64,000 nucleotides of DNA from Candidatus Cloacimonadales bacterium (lineage in GTDB: Bacteria; Cloacimonadota; Cloacimonadia; Cloacimonadales; JAIOQZ01). Numbering within the stretch: position 1 is the first letter of the stretch; every line of letters begins with the position of its first letter. The position numbers and the translations under genes are program-made. A model generated the notes under the pieces. It worked only from the letters and a program-made list of their open reading frames with translations, was not told the DNA's origin and ran no database searches. Location: positions 2,112,001 through 2,176,000 of the forward strand of contig OY762463.1 of assembly GCA_963665815.1 (NCBI GenBank). Reading direction: 5' to 3'. Below, in pieces: positions 28,325-40,700 of the stretch.

Positions 28325-29159
28325 TATTTTCCTCCAGTACTAACACTCTGTCAAAGTCATTGAAATCTTTGCGGCATAATACCGCTTTAAAGTTGTATTG
28401 TTCGGCATACTTAATAATTCTGTCAAATTGATTATGACCTGTTTCGAAATACAATCTGCCATGCGGCTTCAGATACTGTCTGCTTTCGCGAATTATCTTT
28501 TTGTAGAAATACAATCCGTCGTCATCTGCAAGCAGAGCAATCTGTGGTTCCTTCATAACTTCGGGAGAAACCTGTCGATATTCACTTTCCGGAATATATG
28601 GGGGATTTGCCACAATTATGTCGAATTTGCCATATATATTGCTAAATAAATCGGATTGATTAAAAGTTATCTTACACCCATTGAGTTCAGAGTTTGTTTT
28701 TGCTGTTTCCAGGGCCTTCGGTGAAATATCACTTGCCTGCACAGAATTAAAGTTACCGTTACTATGTAGAGCAATAGCAATCGCTCCGGAACCTGTACAC
28801 AGCTCAAGCACGTCAGCATTGTCATATTTTTCATTCAGGATGCTTTCCACAAGAAGCTCCGTTTCCGGTCTGGGGATAAGCACGTCTGGGTTTACGATAA
28901 TTTTACATCCATAGAACTCAGTTTCCCCCAGCAAATACTGTAAAGGCTCACGATTTGCCCTTCTTACTACAAGTTTCTTGATTTCTGTTCGCTCTTCCAG
29001 ACTCAGTATCCGTTCAAACTGCAGATACACATCCAGTCTTGGAATATCAAGAACATGACCTATGATATACTCAGCATTCACCTTTGCCGAGGGAATCTCT
29101 TTTGTTTTGAAAAATTCTACAGTCCAGTTAAGGACTTTTAGCACGGTCCAGAGTTCCAC
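28317..29159 (-). CDS. prmC: Release factor glutamine methyltransferase
   Basis: EPLQYLLG, LIPRPETE, CTGSG, NPPY. Confidence 0.94.
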   Translation of the reverse strand: MELWTVLKVLNWTVEFFKTKEIPSAKVNAEYIIGHVLDIPRLDVYLQFERILSLEERTEIKKLVVRRANREPLQYLLGETEFYGCKIIVNPDVLIPRPETELLVESILNEKYDNADVLELCTGSGAIAIALHSNGNFNSVQASDISPKALETAKTNSELNGCKITFNQSDLFSNIYGKFDIIVANPPYIPESEYRQVSPEVMKEPQIALLADDDGLYFYKKIIRESRQYLKPHGRLYFETGHNQFDRIIKYAEQYNFKAVLCRKDFNDFDRVLVLEENNG

Positions 29160-30070
29160 TAATTCTTAAGATGCTTAGTTATTATGATTGTTCTGCCGTC
29201 ATTATCGAATTCCAGAACATCTGTTAGTATTTTAATGAAATTTATCCCTCTGCCAGTAGCATCAAGGTTCAATTCCGTATCGTCATTATCCATATATGGC
29301 ATGTAATTAAAACCGTCTCCCTGATCTGTCACTGCTATTTTAATAATATCATCCTTATTATGCAGTTCGACATTGATATCAATATATTTGTTCTGCATGC
29401 TCTCTTCTTTCTTCAGTTCCTCGAGAAGAGCCAGATAATTATTGTGTTCTAAAGCTCGTTGCTCGTTTGAAAGACCGAAAGTACCATGTATAAAAGCATT
29501 CTCAATCATCTCATCAAGGCAAAGCTGAAGAATGTTATATCTTCCCGCCGGTAATGGGAAAACTGATGAAATATAAGTCATAACCGACTGAGCTATTACT
29601 TTCTTATTACTTTTTACAGGATAGAACCTGAATGAAAAGGAAACATCGTGGAGTATATCCTTGATGACCTTCTTATTCTCGGACTTCTTATCTTCAAGCT
29701 GAGAAAGCTGCATATTAATAGAACGTATCAGAGAATTAGCATCAATTGGTTTACTTATGAAGTCAGATGCACCAAGGCGAACAGCCTTCATCGCATAATC
29801 AATACGCAGATCGGCTGTAACCAGAATAACAGGGATATCAGTACAGCCGGTAGCCTTGATTCTTTCCAGAAGTTCAAGACCGTCAATCCCCGGCATATTG
29901 ATATCACATATTATCAGATCATACGATTCTTCAGTAATCCTGTTCAGGGCCAGAATCGATGAATTCTCTATTTCAACGTCAAAGTCATACAGCTCAAGTT
30001 TGTCCCTGAGCAGATCAGTAAAATCCACATTATCATCAACAATGAGGATTCGATTATTGGTTGAATTCAT
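29159..30070 (-). CDS. Receiver domain fused to an RsbW-like HATPase (anti-sigma kinase) domain
   Basis: IVDD..CDINMP..ISKP; C-terminal EMIENAFIHG, DQGDGF, GRG. Confidence 0.8.
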   Translation of the reverse strand: MNSTNNRILIVDDNVDFTDLLRDKLELYDFDVEIENSSILALNRITEESYDLIICDINMPGIDGLELLERIKATGCTDIPVILVTADLRIDYAMKAVRLGASDFISKPIDANSLIRSINMQLSQLEDKKSENKKVIKDILHDVSFSFRFYPVKSNKKVIAQSVMTYISSVFPLPAGRYNILQLCLDEMIENAFIHGTFGLSNEQRALEHNNYLALLEELKKEESMQNKYIDINVELHNKDDIIKIAVTDQGDGFNYMPYMDNDDTELNLDATGRGINFIKILTDVLEFDNDGRTIIITKHLKN

Positions 30071-30071
30071 A

Positions 30072-30377
30072 TTAGTATTTTATTGTGAATAGCTGATCCA
30101 GTTTGATTGTTGTAAGTAACTCATATACAGTTGGAGAAGATTTAACAATCTCGATTTTACCATTACGTTTCATGAACTTCTTGTAAAATATCAGTAGTTT
30201 ACCGATTCCGGAACTGCTGATGTTTCTGCAGGTTGAAAGGTCAAGATCAAGCTGAGTAGCGTCAGAAGCAATAAGTTCGTCCAGTTTGCTCTGGAACATA
30301 TAAGCGTTATCACTTGTAACAGCACCTTCAATTTTCATTACAGCAACATTATTATCAATTGATAATGTTATATCCAT
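30072..30377 (-). CDS. STAS-domain anti-anti-sigma factor
   Basis: LDLS..ISSSGIG motif; 101 aa. Confidence 0.85.
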   Translation of the reverse strand: MDITLSIDNNVAVMKIEGAVTSDNAYMFQSKLDELIASDATQLDLDLSTCRNISSSGIGKLLIFYKKFMKRNGKIEIVKSSPTVYELLTTIKLDQLFTIKY

Positions 30378-30390
30378 TTTTCCTCCTTGG

Positions 30391-32496
30391 TTAATAACCT
30401 CTGATTTTCTTTAAAATTTCTTCCTGTATAGAAACTGTAACTCTGTCATATCTCTTGAACTCCATACTGTAAACAGCTCTTCCCTGAGATAACGATCTCA
30501 GTTGAGTAGCATAACCAAACAGCTCTCTCATTGGAATGAGAGCAACGACTTCCTGTTTGTTCAGCTGAGGACGAATAATATCGACATGTCCTCTGCGTGC
30601 ATTAATGTCCCCGATTATATCACCGACAAAGTCTTCCGGTGTGATAATGGAAACAAGCATAACAGGCTCCATGAGTATTGGATCACATTTGATCAATCCA
30701 TTGGACATAGCCATGGAACTGGCAATTTTAAAGGCCATTTCACTGGAATCCACCTCATGGAATTCACCGTTGATCAGTTCAATTCTGACTCTTTCTACCG
30801 GACTGCTGAGGATTGGGCCGTCCATGCAGGCATTAACTGCACCTTCCTCTACTGCACTCCAGAATTCTTTGGGAATTTTTGTCTCACTTATAGAGTTCTC
30901 AAATATTACTTTTCTATCGTCAGTTAAATCCTTAATTTCCAAAGGTGTCAATTTAAATTTCACAACGGCATATTGACCCTTGCCGTTAAGTTCACGGATA
31001 AACTCGCCTGCAACAATGTTTTCTTTAGTAATAGTCTCTTTGTAGGCGACCTGTGGTTTACCAATATTTGCATGAACATTATATTCTCTTTTTAGTCTGT
31101 CAATAATAATATCAAGATGAAGTTCACCCATTCCGGACAGTAAGGTCTGGCCGGTATCCTTGTTGTTACTCATCTTGAATGTAGGATCCTCGTCCTCCAT
31201 TTTTCTGAGAGCATCATACAATTTTTCTTCATCAGCTTTTGTCTTTGGTTCAACGGCTATAGAAATAACACCATCAGGGAAGGTTATATCTGCAAGCCTT
31301 AGTTTATCAGGTTCTGATGCCAGAGAGTCTCCTGTTTTGGCGAATTTCATACCTACTATAGCACCAATATCTCCTGCATACAGTTCTTTCACATCTTCTT
31401 TTTTGTTGGAGTACAAATGAAGAATTCTGCCAATTCGTTCTTTCTTGCCGTTAGTCTGATTGTAGACATGGTCCCCTTTTTTGATAGACCCTGAATAAAC
31501 CCTGATATAGACGAGTTTCCCAACGTATTTATCAATCTGAACTTTGAAAGCGAGAGCTGAGAAGTCAGCATTCACGTTTGGTATAATTTCTACATCTTCA
31601 CCAGTCGCAAGATCAAGACCTGTTGCATGTTTTACATGGAGTGGAGATGGCAGGTAGTCAACAATAGCATCAATCAGAAGCTGAACACCTGTATTTTTCA
31701 GGGATGAGCCACAGAGTACAGGAACAAATTCGGTTTCCATTGTCCCCTTTCGTATAAGCTTAATAATTTCTTCGGCAGTGAGTTCACCTTCTTCCAGGAA
31801 TTTTTCCATTAATTCATCATCGAATTCACAAATTGATTCCAGAAGTGTTTCTCTCCACATTTCTGCCACATCAAACAGATCTTCCGGAATATCTCTTTCT
31901 TCAAATTCCAGTCCCAGAGTTTCCGGATTGAAAAAATATGCTCTCATATGTATTAAATCTATAATACCTTCGAATTTATCTTCCTTACCAATTGGAAGCT
32001 GAACGGGATGAGCTTTATCTGTGAGACGTTCACGAATCATATCAACAACGATATCGAAATCTGCACCTACTCTATCCATTTTGTTAACAAAGGCAATTTT
32101 TGGTATATTATATTTTTCAGCCTGGTGCCATACTGTTTCAGATTGAGGTTCCACACCACCAACTGCACAGAAGATACCTACAGCTCCATCAAGTACCCTC
32201 AGCGATCTTTCTACTTCAGCAGTGAAATCCACGTGTCCCGGTGTATCAATCACATTGATTCTAGCGTCTTTCCAGGAAAAGGTTGTAACTGCAGACTGAA
32301 TTGTTATTCCTCTTTCTTTTTCCTGTTCCATCCAGTCCATGAATGTATTACCATCATGAACCTCTCCCATTCTATGCAGGTACCCGCTATAATACAGCAT
32401 TCTTTCTGTTGTGGTAGTCTTACCTGCATCAATATGGGCCATTATACCGATGTTCCTGATTTTCATCAAATCCTGAGCTGTTACTTGTACTGACAT
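30391..32496 (-). CDS. fusA: Elongation factor G
   Basis: [40 protein letters not shown]. Confidence 0.95.
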   Translation of the reverse strand: MSVQVTAQDLMKIRNIGIMAHIDAGKTTTTERMLYYSGYLHRMGEVHDGNTFMDWMEQEKERGITIQSAVTTFSWKDARINVIDTPGHVDFTAEVERSLRVLDGAVGIFCAVGGVEPQSETVWHQAEKYNIPKIAFVNKMDRVGADFDIVVDMIRERLTDKAHPVQLPIGKEDKFEGIIDLIHMRAYFFNPETLGLEFEERDIPEDLFDVAEMWRETLLESICEFDDELMEKFLEEGELTAEEIIKLIRKGTMETEFVPVLCGSSLKNTGVQLLIDAIVDYLPSPLHVKHATGLDLATGEDVEIIPNVNADFSALAFKVQIDKYVGKLVYIRVYSGSIKKGDHVYNQTNGKKERIGRILHLYSNKKEDVKELYAGDIGAIVGMKFAKTGDSLASEPDKLRLADITFPDGVISIAVEPKTKADEEKLYDALRKMEDEDPTFKMSNNKDTGQTLLSGMGELHLDIIIDRLKREYNVHANIGKPQVAYKETITKENIVAGEFIRELNGKGQYAVVKFKLTPLEIKDLTDDRKVIFENSISETKIPKEFWSAVEEGAVNACMDGPILSSPVERVRIELINGEFHEVDSSEMAFKIASSMAMSNGLIKCDPILMEPVMLVSIITPEDFVGDIIGDINARRGHVDIIRPQLNKQEVVALIPMRELFGYATQLRSLSQGRAVYSMEFKRYDRVTVSIQEEILKKIRGY

Positions 32497-32635
32497 TATA
32501 CTTCCTTTTAAGAAATCTTCTTATTAGTGTGACATTTGCATAAATAGAGAAGTTTCCTCGATTTTACTATTTTGCAAAGATCTTTCATATTTAATTTTAT
32601 GTACTGCACTTAATGTGCAAATGTCTACTTTCAAT

Positions 32636-32667
32636 AAAAAATAGCCGTAGAACGAGCTACGGCTATT
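32636..32667 (-). terminator. Intrinsic terminator between rpsG and fusA
   Basis: AATAGCCGTAG..CTACGGCTATT hairpin with a U-tract on the minus strand. Confidence 0.7.
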
Positions 32668-32704
32668 AATATTTTACTGCAATTTTAATCAAGTTAAAAT
32701 TTCA

Positions 32705-33175
32705 TTACCATTTCAGGTGAGCAAAAGCTTTGTTAGCTTCTGCCATTTTATGGGTATCTTCTCTTTTCTTGATACTTGCACCTTCGTTATTATAGGCACT
32801 CATAAGCTCGCCTGCAAGTCTTTCCTGCATCTCTTTTTCAGAACGTTTTTTAGCGTAACCGATAATCCATCTGAAAGCTGTTGCTTCAGCGATTTTTGGT
32901 TTCACATCTATTGGAACCTGATAACTTGATCCACCGACTCTTTTTGATACAACTTTTACTAAAGGTTTTACATTTTCAAGAGCTTTATTGAAAATTTCAA
33001 GTGGATCTTTCTTCATTTTTTCCTGAATAATATCCATTGCATTATATACAATACGTTCTGCAGTTGATTTTTTTCCGCGTCTCATAACGTTACAGATGAA
33101 TTTACTAAGAATAACGCTATTAAACTTTGGATCCGGAAGTATTACTTTTTCACTGGCTTTTCTTCTTCTTGGCAT
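32705..33175 (-). CDS. rpsG: 30S ribosomal protein S7
   Basis: MPRRR..GKKSTAE..HKMAEANKAFAH. Confidence 0.97.
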   Translation of the reverse strand: MPRRRKASEKVILPDPKFNSVILSKFICNVMRRGKKSTAERIVYNAMDIIQEKMKKDPLEIFNKALENVKPLVKVVSKRVGGSSYQVPIDVKPKIAEATAFRWIIGYAKKRSEKEMQERLAGELMSAYNNEGASIKKREDTHKMAEANKAFAHLKW

Positions 33176-33186
33176 ATCATCCTCCG

Positions 33187-33561
33187 TTATTTTTTAGGTC
33201 TCTTGGTACCGTATTTGGATCTAGAGTTTCTTCTGTTTTCAACACCACTTGTATCAAGTGCACCACGAACTATGTGATATCTTACCCCTGGTAAATCCTT
33301 TACACGACCACCACGTACGAGTACGATTGAGTGTTCCTGAAGGTTGTGACCTTCTCCCGGAATGTATGCTGTTACTTCAAAACCGTTAGTTAAACGGATT
33401 CTTGCTACTTTACGAAGAGCTGAGTTAGGTTTCTTAGGTGTTGTAGTGTATACTCTTGTACAAACACCACGTCTCTGTGGACATGAAGCTAATGCTCTGT
33501 TCTTCTTTTTCTTAGTTATCTTTGTTCGGCCTTTTCTTATTAATTGATTTATAGTTGGCAC
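33187..33561 (-). CDS. rpsL: 30S ribosomal protein S12
   Basis: GTG start; [23 protein letters not shown]. Confidence 0.97.
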   Translation of the reverse strand: MPTINQLIRKGRTKITKKKKNRALASCPQRRGVCTRVYTTTPKKPNSALRKVARIRLTNGFEVTAYIPGEGHNLQEHSIVLVRGGRVKDLPGVRYHIVRGALDTSGVENRRNSRSKYGTKRPKK

Positions 33562-33578
33562 ATTATCCTCCAATAATT

Positions 33579-36500
33579 TTAGTAATCCATAAGGTCATCT
33601 AAATCTTCTTCATTGTCTTCAAACGCAAGCTCATTTACGATATCTTTAACAGGTTTTCCATCTTTTTGCAACGTTTTAACCATGTCATTATACAATTTAG
33701 TACCTGTTCCAACCGGTATTCTATGTCCAAGAATTATACTTTCTTTCAGACCTTCGAGTTTATCAATTTTACCTTCGATAGAGGCCTGAGTAAGTACTTT
33801 TGTTGTTTCCTGGAATGATGCGGCTGAAAGCCAGCTGTCAGTCAGAAGTGAAGCTTTTGTTATTCCCAGCAGAAGCTGTTCAAATGTGGCACCATTACCA
33901 CCTTCTTCTTCTATTCTTTTGTTTTCATTCATTACAGCGTTTTTCTCTACGATTTCGCCTTCTAAGAATAGAGTATGACCCGGATCTACAATTTTTACCT
34001 TACGCAGCATCTGTCTGATGATTACACCAATATGTTTATCATCAATTTTCACACCTTGTTTTCTGTATATTTCCTGTATTTCATTCAAGATGAGCATTTC
34101 TGCTGCGATAATACCTTTTGCTTTAAGAATATCATGCGGATCAAGTGGTCCGTCTGATAATGCGTCCCCACTGTCAACGATATCGCCCTGGTGAACGATA
34201 ATACGTTTTCCCGGTGGAATCACATATTTCTTTTCAACGCCATTTTCTGCGGTAACATAGATTATACGACCATTCTTTGTATAATCACCAATTGTTACAC
34301 GTCCGTCAATTTCTGAAATTATTGCTTTTTCTTTTGGTATACGTGCTTCAAACAAGTCCTGAACCCTTGGAAGACCACCTGTAATATCTCGCTGTTTTGT
34401 AGTTATTCTGGAAGTTTTACCAATTGAGTCGCCAGGATACACGTATGCTCCGTCACTGATTTCGACATTCAAACCGGTAGGTAGTGGAACCTGTTCCTGT
34501 GTTCCATCTTCACCGATTATTGTTACCTGAGGCTGAAACCTTCTGTCTTTAGATTCAATAATAGTGATTTCACGAGAACCAGTAAGGTCATTGAACTCTT
34601 CTTTGTAAGTCATATCTTTTACAAAGTTCTCAAATTTCACTTTACCTTCACGGGTAGTTAAGAGAGGATTACTGTAATGGTCCCAGGTGAACAGTTTTGT
34701 TCCCTCTTCCACGTCGTCTCCATCTTTAACAAATATAGTAGAAGCGTATTCTACCTTCAGTTCTTCAAGAACCGTACCCTCTTTTTTATCGACTATTTTC
34801 ATTCGACCAAGGTGACTGGTTGCAATTACATGATTCTGTCTGTCTGTTACCAGATTCATCTTTTCAAATATCACTTTACCTTCGAAACTACTGTTAACTT
34901 GAGCAATATCCACATCTGTACTTGCTGTACCACCAATGTGGAATGTTCTCAGTGTAAGCTGAGTTCCCGGTTCTCCGATACTTTGAGCTGCGATTATTCC
35001 AACAGGTTCACCGATTGTAACCGATTTTCCGGTCGCCAGATTCCGTCCGTAACATTTTCTACAGATCCCTTTCTCTGTCTCACATGTAAGGACAGAACGA
35101 ATTCTAACTTCCACAATTCCGTGTTTTTCAATTGTAAGAGCTTTTTCGTTTGAAATTTCTTCTCCGGCATGAACAATAATTTTGTCTGTTACAGGATCAT
35201 GAATATCATCAACTGATGTTCTACCCTGAATACGCTCGGAGAGAGATTCTACAACTTCAAGACCTTCTTTAAGAGCTGCTACTGTGATACCTTCAATTGT
35301 ACCGCAGTCATCTTCTGTGATAATCGCATTTTGAGCAACATCAACAAGACGTCTGGTAAGGTAACCGGCATCAGCAGTCTTCAATGCTGTATCTGCAAGA
35401 CCTTTACGAGCACCGTGAGTAGAAATGAAATACTCAAGTACACTCAGACCTTCACGGAAATTGGATTTAATAGGAGTTTCGATAACCCCTGCTTCATCCG
35501 CAGCACTTTTGGTAGGTTTATCCATCAATCCACGCATACCGCCAAGCTGCTTGATCTGGTCTTTACCACCACGAGCACCTGATATGTACATCATATAGAT
35601 TGAGTTGAAACCTCCACGGTCATTAGACAATGTTTCCATCAGAGAATTTGTAACCTTCTCAGTAGCTATCTTCCATTTATCCACTACACGATTGAAACGC
35701 TCAGTTTCTGTGATTCCACCCTGCATATAGCTATCGGAAATCAACTTCGCTTCTTGTTCGGCAGCTTCAAGTATTTCAGCTTTGTCTTGTGGAACAACAA
35801 CATCTGCAATACTGAATGTTGAGCCGGATTTAGTTGCAAAACGGAATCCCAGTTCTTTAAGATCATCCAGGATTTCAGCAGTTCTGCTCTGACCAACAGT
35901 GTTGATACACTCCATAGCCAGATCTTTCAATCCGCCTTTATTTATAACAACATTCTTAAATGGAATTTCAGGAGGCAATACCTGATTAAACAATACTCTT
36001 CCAACTGTTGTTTTTATGAATTTTTTATTTTGTTTTACTCTTATCCAGCTATGAATATCCAGATGTCTGTTTTCGAGTTTTTCACCTTTTCTTGCATACA
36101 TCAGTTCCTGTTGTTCATAAGCAAGAATAACTTCATCAAATGAACCGAATACAGGAATTCTTACAGAATCATCAGGTTCTGAATATCTGAGTGCTGAAAG
36201 GTAATAACAACCGAGAACAATATCCTGCCCCGGAGCCATAGCAAGTTTACCGCTTGCAGGCAGCAGAAGGTTTCTTGAAGCAAGCATGAGTACACGAGCT
36301 TCCATCTGTGCTTCAAGTGTAAGCGGTACATATACAGCCATCTGGTCACCGTCAAAGTCCGCATTAAACGGAATACACACGAGCGGGTGAAGCTGAATTG
36401 CTTTATTTTCCGTAAGTACCGGCATGAATGCCTGAATACCAAGCTTGTGAAGCGTTGGAGCACGGTTAAGCAATACCGGATAATCCTGAATTACTTCTTC

Positions 36501-37727
36501 AAGGATTTTCCAGATTTGTGGCTGTTTCTTTTCTACTAATTTTTTTGCAGTTTTTGTTTTTTCCGCTTCTCCGTATTTTTCAAGACGTTCAATAATAAAC
36601 GGTTTAAACAGTTCAACTGCCATTTCTTTCGGAAGACCACACTGGTGAATCTTAAGACTTGGACCAACTGTGATAACTGAACGACCTGAGTAGTCCACAC
36701 GTTTACCAAGAAGATTCTGTCTGAAACGTCCCTGCTTACCTTTAAGCTGATCAGTAAGAGATTTCAGTGCTCTGTTTCCGCGTCCTTTAACCGGACGTGT
36801 TTTTCTGGAGTTATCAATAAGTGCGTCTACAGATTCTTGAAGCATACGTTTCTCATTTCTGAGGATTACTTCCGGAGCTCTGATTTCCAATAATTGTTTC
36901 AGACGATTATTTCTTGTGATAACTCTTCTATATAAATCATTGAAATCCGCTGTTGCAAATCTACCGCCATCAAGTGGAACCAGAGGTCTCAGTGTCGGAG
37001 GTAAAACAGGCAGTACTTCCAGAACCATTGTTTCAGGTCTGTTGCCTGATTTTCTGAAAGCATCAACAATTTTGAGTTTCTTTATAGCCTTCTGCTTTTT
37101 CATTGCAGAAGTTTCCATTTTGATCATTGCTCTGAGGTTCATCGCTTCGGCTTCAAGATCAATTTCTTCAAGAAGAATTTTGACAGCTTCCGCACCCATC
37201 ATTGCAACAAAATCATCTCCTACTTTATCAAGAATCTCATAATATTCATCAGTATCAATAAGATCTTTCTTTTCGTAGTCACTATCACCCGGATCAATCA
37301 CGATGTATGATTCATAATAGAGAACTCTTTCGAGCTTTCTGATAGTAAGATCAAGAAGTGTACCAATTTTACTTGGAGCACTTTTTACAAACCATATATG
37401 AGCAACAGGAACTGCAAGTTCAATGTGTCCCATTCTGGTTCTTCTTACTCTTGAAGTAGTTACTTCAACACCACAACGATCACAGATAGTATTGGAAAAT
37501 CTTTTCTTTTTATATTTACCGCAACTACATTCGTAGTCTTTTTCAGGTCCGAATATTCTTTCGCAGAATAATCCGTCCTTTTCCGGTTTCAATGTTCTGT
37601 AGTTTAATGTATCTGGTTTAGTAACTTCACCATAAGACCATTCTCTCATGGTTTCAGGAGAAGCTATCTTTATACGGACATTATCGTAATTTTGTACTTT
37701 CTTTTCTCTTTTAATTTCTCTAATCAT
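33579..37727 (-). CDS. rpoC: RNA polymerase beta' subunit
   Basis: [25 protein letters not shown]. Confidence 0.98.
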   Translation of the reverse strand: MIREIKREKKVQNYDNVRIKIASPETMREWSYGEVTKPDTLNYRTLKPEKDGLFCERIFGPEKDYECSCGKYKKKRFSNTICDRCGVEVTTSRVRRTRMGHIELAVPVAHIWFVKSAPSKIGTLLDLTIRKLERVLYYESYIVIDPGDSDYEKKDLIDTDEYYEILDKVGDDFVAMMGAEAVKILLEEIDLEAEAMNLRAMIKMETSAMKKQKAIKKLKIVDAFRKSGNRPETMVLEVLPVLPPTLRPLVPLDGGRFATADFNDLYRRVITRNNRLKQLLEIRAPEVILRNEKRMLQESVDALIDNSRKTRPVKGRGNRALKSLTDQLKGKQGRFRQNLLGKRVDYSGRSVITVGPSLKIHQCGLPKEMAVELFKPFIIERLEKYGEAEKTKTAKKLVEKKQPQIWKILEEVIQDYPVLLNRAPTLHKLGIQAFMPVLTENKAIQLHPLVCIPFNADFDGDQMAVYVPLTLEAQMEARVLMLASRNLLLPASGKLAMAPGQDIVLGCYYLSALRYSEPDDSVRIPVFGSFDEVILAYEQQELMYARKGEKLENRHLDIHSWIRVKQNKKFIKTTVGRVLFNQVLPPEIPFKNVVINKGGLKDLAMECINTVGQSRTAEILDDLKELGFRFATKSGSTFSIADVVVPQDKAEILEAAEQEAKLISDSYMQGGITETERFNRVVDKWKIATEKVTNSLMETLSNDRGGFNSIYMMYISGARGGKDQIKQLGGMRGLMDKPTKSAADEAGVIETPIKSNFREGLSVLEYFISTHGARKGLADTALKTADAGYLTRRLVDVAQNAIITEDDCGTIEGITVAALKEGLEVVESLSERIQGRTSVDDIHDPVTDKIIVHAGEEISNEKALTIEKHGIVEVRIRSVLTCETEKGICRKCYGRNLATGKSVTIGEPVGIIAAQSIGEPGTQLTLRTFHIGGTASTDVDIAQVNSSFEGKVIFEKMNLVTDRQNHVIATSHLGRMKIVDKKEGTVLEELKVEYASTIFVKDGDDVEEGTKLFTWDHYSNPLLTTREGKVKFENFVKDMTYKEEFNDLTGSREITIIESKDRRFQPQVTIIGEDGTQEQVPLPTGLNVEISDGAYVYPGDSIGKTSRITTKQRDITGGLPRVQDLFEARIPKEKAIISEIDGRVTIGDYTKNGRIIYVTAENGVEKKYVIPPGKRIIVHQGDIVDSGDALSDGPLDPHDILKAKGIIAAEMLILNEIQEIYRKQGVKIDDKHIGVIIRQMLRKVKIVDPGHTLFLEGEIVEKNAVMNENKRIEEEGGNGATFEQLLLGITKASLLTDSWLSAASFQETTKVLTQASIEGKIDKLEGLKESIILGHRIPVGTGTKLYNDMVKTLQKDGKPVKDIVNELAFEDNEEDLDDLMDY

Positions 37728-37742
37728 TCGATTGACCTCCGC

Positions 37743-40700
37743 TTACACTTCGTTGTCAGCAAGGAATTCAATATCAAAACATAATGATTTCAATTCACTA
37801 ACTAATACATTAAACGATTCAGGCACACCAGGTTGAGGTGGATTATTTCCACTTGTTATAGCTTTGAAAGCGTTTGTCCTTCCATCAACATCATCAGATT
37901 TGATAGTGAGCATTTCTTCAAGGAGTCTTGCAGCACCATACGCTTCAAGAGCCCAAACCTCCATCTCTCCAAGTCTCTGACCACCGTGTTGAGCTTTACC
38001 GCCAAGTGGCTGTTGAGTAATAAGAGAGTAAGGTCCGGTTGATCTTGCATGCATCTTATCAGCAATAAGGTGATTAAGTTTCAGCATGTATATAATACCA
38101 ACAGTAACTCTTTCTTTGAAAGGCTCTCCTGATTTACCATCGAAAAGAACCTGCTTACCATCTGTTGGAATACCGGCTTTGATCATTTCAGCTTCAATGT
38201 CTTCATGTTTAGCACCATCAAATACAGGTGTTTCCGCATGGAATCCAAGAATCTTTGCAGCCATTCCAAGGTGAGTCTCAAGAATCTGACCAATATTCAT
38301 ACGTGAAGGCACACCAAGAGGATTCAGTATGATATCTACGGAAGTACCATCTTCCATGAACGGCATATCTTCGATTGGAGCAACTCTGGAAATAACACCT
38401 TTGTTACCGTGACGACCAGCCATTTTGTCACCAACCTGAATCTTACGTTTCTTGGCAATATGAACCTTAACCATTTTGCGAACCCCATAAGGAAGTTCAT
38501 CACCATGTTTAAGTCTGTCTTTTGCTTTTTTATAGATATTAGCACTTTCTTCTCTGGCAGCCTTAACCTGAAGCACTATATCATTGTATATTTTTTCATT
38601 AGTTTCTGCATCTTCTACGAGATCGTAGTTAAGATTCAGTTTTTTGAAGTTAATCTTCTTTATATCGTCCTTAGTAATCTTCTTACCTGATGGGATGAAG
38701 AACATGTTCGTTTTCTCATCAGAAATATTTTTAGATACATGACCTATTATCATTTCTGCAATCTGTTCTTTCACGAATTTTTCAATACGTTTTGTCCTAT
38801 CAGCCTGCTCTGCTTTAAGACGTTCATACTCATCTTTCTTTTCTTCTTCATAATCATGAACATCTTCCAGTCTGGAGAATACCTTAACATCAATTACAAC
38901 ACCTTCCATACCAGGTTTGGCTTTAAGTGATGTATTTGTGAAATCTCCTGCTCTGTCTCCGAATAATGCTCGCATAAGATTTTCTTCAGGAGAAGGATCA
39001 ATATCAACACTTTTCGGTGTAATCTTACCGACAATAATATCTCCGGCTTTAATTACAGAACCAACCCTTACGATACCTGTCTTATCAAGATTTCTTAATG
39101 CCTGTGTCGGTACATTAGGAATATCATAAGCTAGTTCTTCTTTGCCGTTCTTAACGTTTCGAACAAGAACTTCCTGCTCTTCCAGATAAATGGAAGTAAG
39201 AATATCATCCCTTGCTACTCTTTCACTTAGAATAATAGCATCCTCATAGTTGAATCCGTACCAAGGCATAAATGCAACAAGCATATTCTGACCGAGTGCA
39301 AATCTGTCGCCTTCGATACATGGACCATCTGAAAGCAGCTGACCTTCTTTAACTTTATCACCAGGTTTAACGATAGGTCTCTGATTAATAAGAGTATCCT
39401 GATTGGATCTGGCAAATTTTCTGAAATAGATTCTGTTTGTTGTTCCGATGTCTAAGTCAAGACCTGTATCAGATTCTTTCTTAAGATCAACATACTGAGA
39501 TGTTACGTTTGTAACCTCTGCATCGAAAGGAGCAAGTGCAACAACACCACTGTCTTTTGCAACAGTTTTTTCCATTCCGGTACCTACAATAGGAGTACTC
39601 GGGAATAAAAGAGGAACTGCCTGACGCTGCATGTTAGATCCCATGAGAGCCCTGTTCGCATCATCATGTTCCAGGAAAGGAATAAGAGATGCAGAAACAG
39701 AAACAATCTGCTGAGGAGAAACTTCAAGATACTGAACTTCATCCGGTTTAATCTGCAGATATTCATCTTTACATCTTGCGAAAACAATTTCATCTATAAT
39801 TTCAAGATCTTCACCAATAGTCACGTCTGCCTGAGCAATAACGTATTTATCTTCCTCTTCAGGAACGAGGTAATCAACCTGTTGAGTAACCTTGGCATTT
39901 TCAACCTTAATATATGGGGTTTCCAGAAAACCGAATCTGTTGATTCTGGAATAAAGAGCTGGTGAGGAAATCAAACCGATATTTGGACCTTCAGGTGTTT
40001 CTATCGGACAGATTCTACCATAATGTGAATAGTGAACGTCACGCACTTCGAATCCGGCTCTTTCTCTTGTCAGACCACCAGGTCCGAGAGCTGACAAACG
40101 TCTCTTGTGTGTCAAAGCAGCAAGAGGGTTAGTCTGTTCCATAAACTGAGAAAGCTGTCCTGTAAGGAAGAACGCCTGAATTACGGCAATAAGAGCATTA
40201 CTGTTAATCAGATCATGCACTGTAACTTCTTCAGAACTGGATATTGACATTCTTTCTATAGCTATTCTTGCAACCCTTAAAAGACCATTCGCATATTCTT
40301 CCTCAAGAAGTTCACCAACGGTTCTGATTCTACGGTTTGAAAGGTGATCAATATCATCAACTGTATCTTCGTTTCTGAATATTTCTACAAGCTTGTTAAC
40401 TATTGCAACAATATCATCTTTTGTGAGTACATATTTGTCGAGAGCAATATCGAGATCAAGCCTGCTGTTTATTTTGTAACGTCCAACTTCACCGAGATTG
40501 TATCTCTTTTCATTGAAGAACATTCTTTCAACAAGCTCTGAAGCCATTTCATAAGAAGGATCTTCTCCAGGACGAATAAGGTTGTATATTTTCTTAACAG
40601 CTTCTTCAATGTTAGCTGTAGCATCTTTTGCAATTGTATTTTCTAATATTTTTCCATGAATATCATATCCATCAGCAATAACCCAGACTTTTTCACAACC

